Assembly (NCBI GenBank): GCA_001643675.2
Contig: LSRY02000019.1
Span: forward strand, 992,001 to 1,056,000
Origin: Monocercomonoides exilis PA203
Lineage: Eukaryota; Protista; Preaxostyla
Reading direction: 5' to 3'
DNA length: 64,000 nt
Below the pieces are notes generated by a model. That model searched no databases and was not told where the DNA came from. It worked only from the letters and a program-made list of their open reading frames with translations. Every line of letters starts with the position of its first letter. Position 1 is the first letter of the stretch. Below, piece by piece: positions 63,001 to 64,000 of this stretch. The translations under genes were made by a program, and so were the position numbers.

Positions 63001-64000
63001 TTATTAACTTCTTTGCCTTTGCATTCAGAAGCATCCAGCCAATCAGTATGTGGAAAGCTTAATAAATCATGTGAAACATTCACTCTACTGTCTCCATTTG
63101 TGTCTCAGACAATGGACTTCCCACTTTCCTCCTCCTTCTCCTCTTCGCCTTTGGGCCTCTTTGCTGTGTTTGATGGCCACGACTCGTTCAAATGTGCTGA
63201 TGTGTCGTCTTCTCTTCTTCTTCCTGTCTTCCACCAAGCATATTTTGACTCTGTGTTGGTTTTGATAAGGCAGTGCATGATTAGAAAACAAGAGGTGAGA
63301 GAGCAAACGATTGAGAAGTGGGAAAGCGAAAAGAGAAGAAACGAACTGAAGTTGAAAGGTGAGAAGGACGTTGATGACAGCAAAGAAAGATGCGAATCGC
63401 CAACGTTGGATTTCTCAAAGCCCAGAATCGTCAGCTCTAATTGTGGTGATTGCCTTCTGGAGGAGCATATGTCAACTGCATCGTTGGCAGAATTTGAGCA
63501 AAAATTCCCTTTTTCTCTTTCTCAGCTGTTTGTATCGCGGGTTGAGTCGATATTTGGATGGCATTTGTGTTGCTCGGTAAAAGAAGCTGATTCGACTTCT
63601 CTCCCTTCTGTTGAATATGGTGCAGCACTGGGGATTAAATTGGTTGCTGATCTAATTGCAAAATCCCTTATGAAGCGAGAAACCACAGAATCCACTTGTG
63701 GAAATTGTCAACTGTCTTCCATTTCTTCAAAACACAATATAGTTTTGCCTCGTTTCTCTTTCTCTCCTTTCTCTCAGTCTAACAACCAGCAGTCCTTCCT
63801 TCATCACTCATTCGCTTCTCTTTCCTCTTCTCTTTCTTTAACTGTCCTGCAACGCGCAATGGATTTGTTGGCTTCGATGATTCGAGAGCTGAATGTGAAA
63901 GGAGGAGCAACGTGTGTTGTGGCACTGGTTGCAGCGAGGGAAATCTACACAGCAAATGTTGGCGACTGTAGGGCTGTTCTGGTTGGAGAGAAGGTGAAAG
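55444..64000 (+). CDS. Giant LRR + PP2C-family protein phosphatase (PHLPP/adenylate-cyclase-like architecture), partial at the 3' end
   Basis: Start MGGIQTK; three short 5' introns, then one open frame from 56089 to the window end. Many LxxLDLSxN repeats; PP2C motifs 'GPRSTQEDSML' (~61590), 'LFAVFDGH' (~63160), 'GGATCVVALV...YTANVGDCRAVL' (63901-63981). Confidence 0.88.

Noticed and set aside
56301-63628. The many short ORFs listed on both strands
   Set aside because: They are shadows of the single long Ser-rich LRR-PP2C exon.

Overview
Eukaryotic, AT-rich genomic DNA with short GT-AG introns and extreme Ser-rich low-complexity coding tracts. The gene families present (the 'FSDLDYCTEIDQKQKILEM...' expanded family and the giant beta-helix/TM/kinase-like protein) point to an oxymonad such as Monocercomonoides. 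That identification is inference, not a database result. The window has two zones. (1) ~1-21.5 kb is a mobile/decayed zone. It holds an intron-containing Sola-like DD(D/E) transposase with a complete USP (peptidase C19) deubiquitinase domain inside it and one in-frame TAA before the catalytic core. It also has microsatellites, degenerate gene fragments, a large USP9/24/34-like gene that stays in one frame for ~4.6 kb through nine in-frame stops (mostly TAG/TAA), a broken Merlin/IS1595-type transposase, two palindromes (one MITE-like) and a (TTA)n tract. (2) ~22-64 kb holds mostly intact standard-code genes: HPS1-like tri-longin protein, a lineage-expanded family member, mRNA guanylyltransferase, a 60-aa microprotein candidate, a G3BP/Bre5-like NTF2-RRM protein, a ~2770-aa receptor-like pseudokinase, a Cof-type HAD hydrolase, a LolD/MacB-type stand-alone ABC ATPase, a RanBP2-zinc-finger/RGG protein and a giant LRR-PP2C phosphatase that runs off the window end and is missing from the ORF track. 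The best candidate for an undescribed system is the deubiquitinase-carrying transposase. The stop-riddled but frame-preserving USP gene is second.
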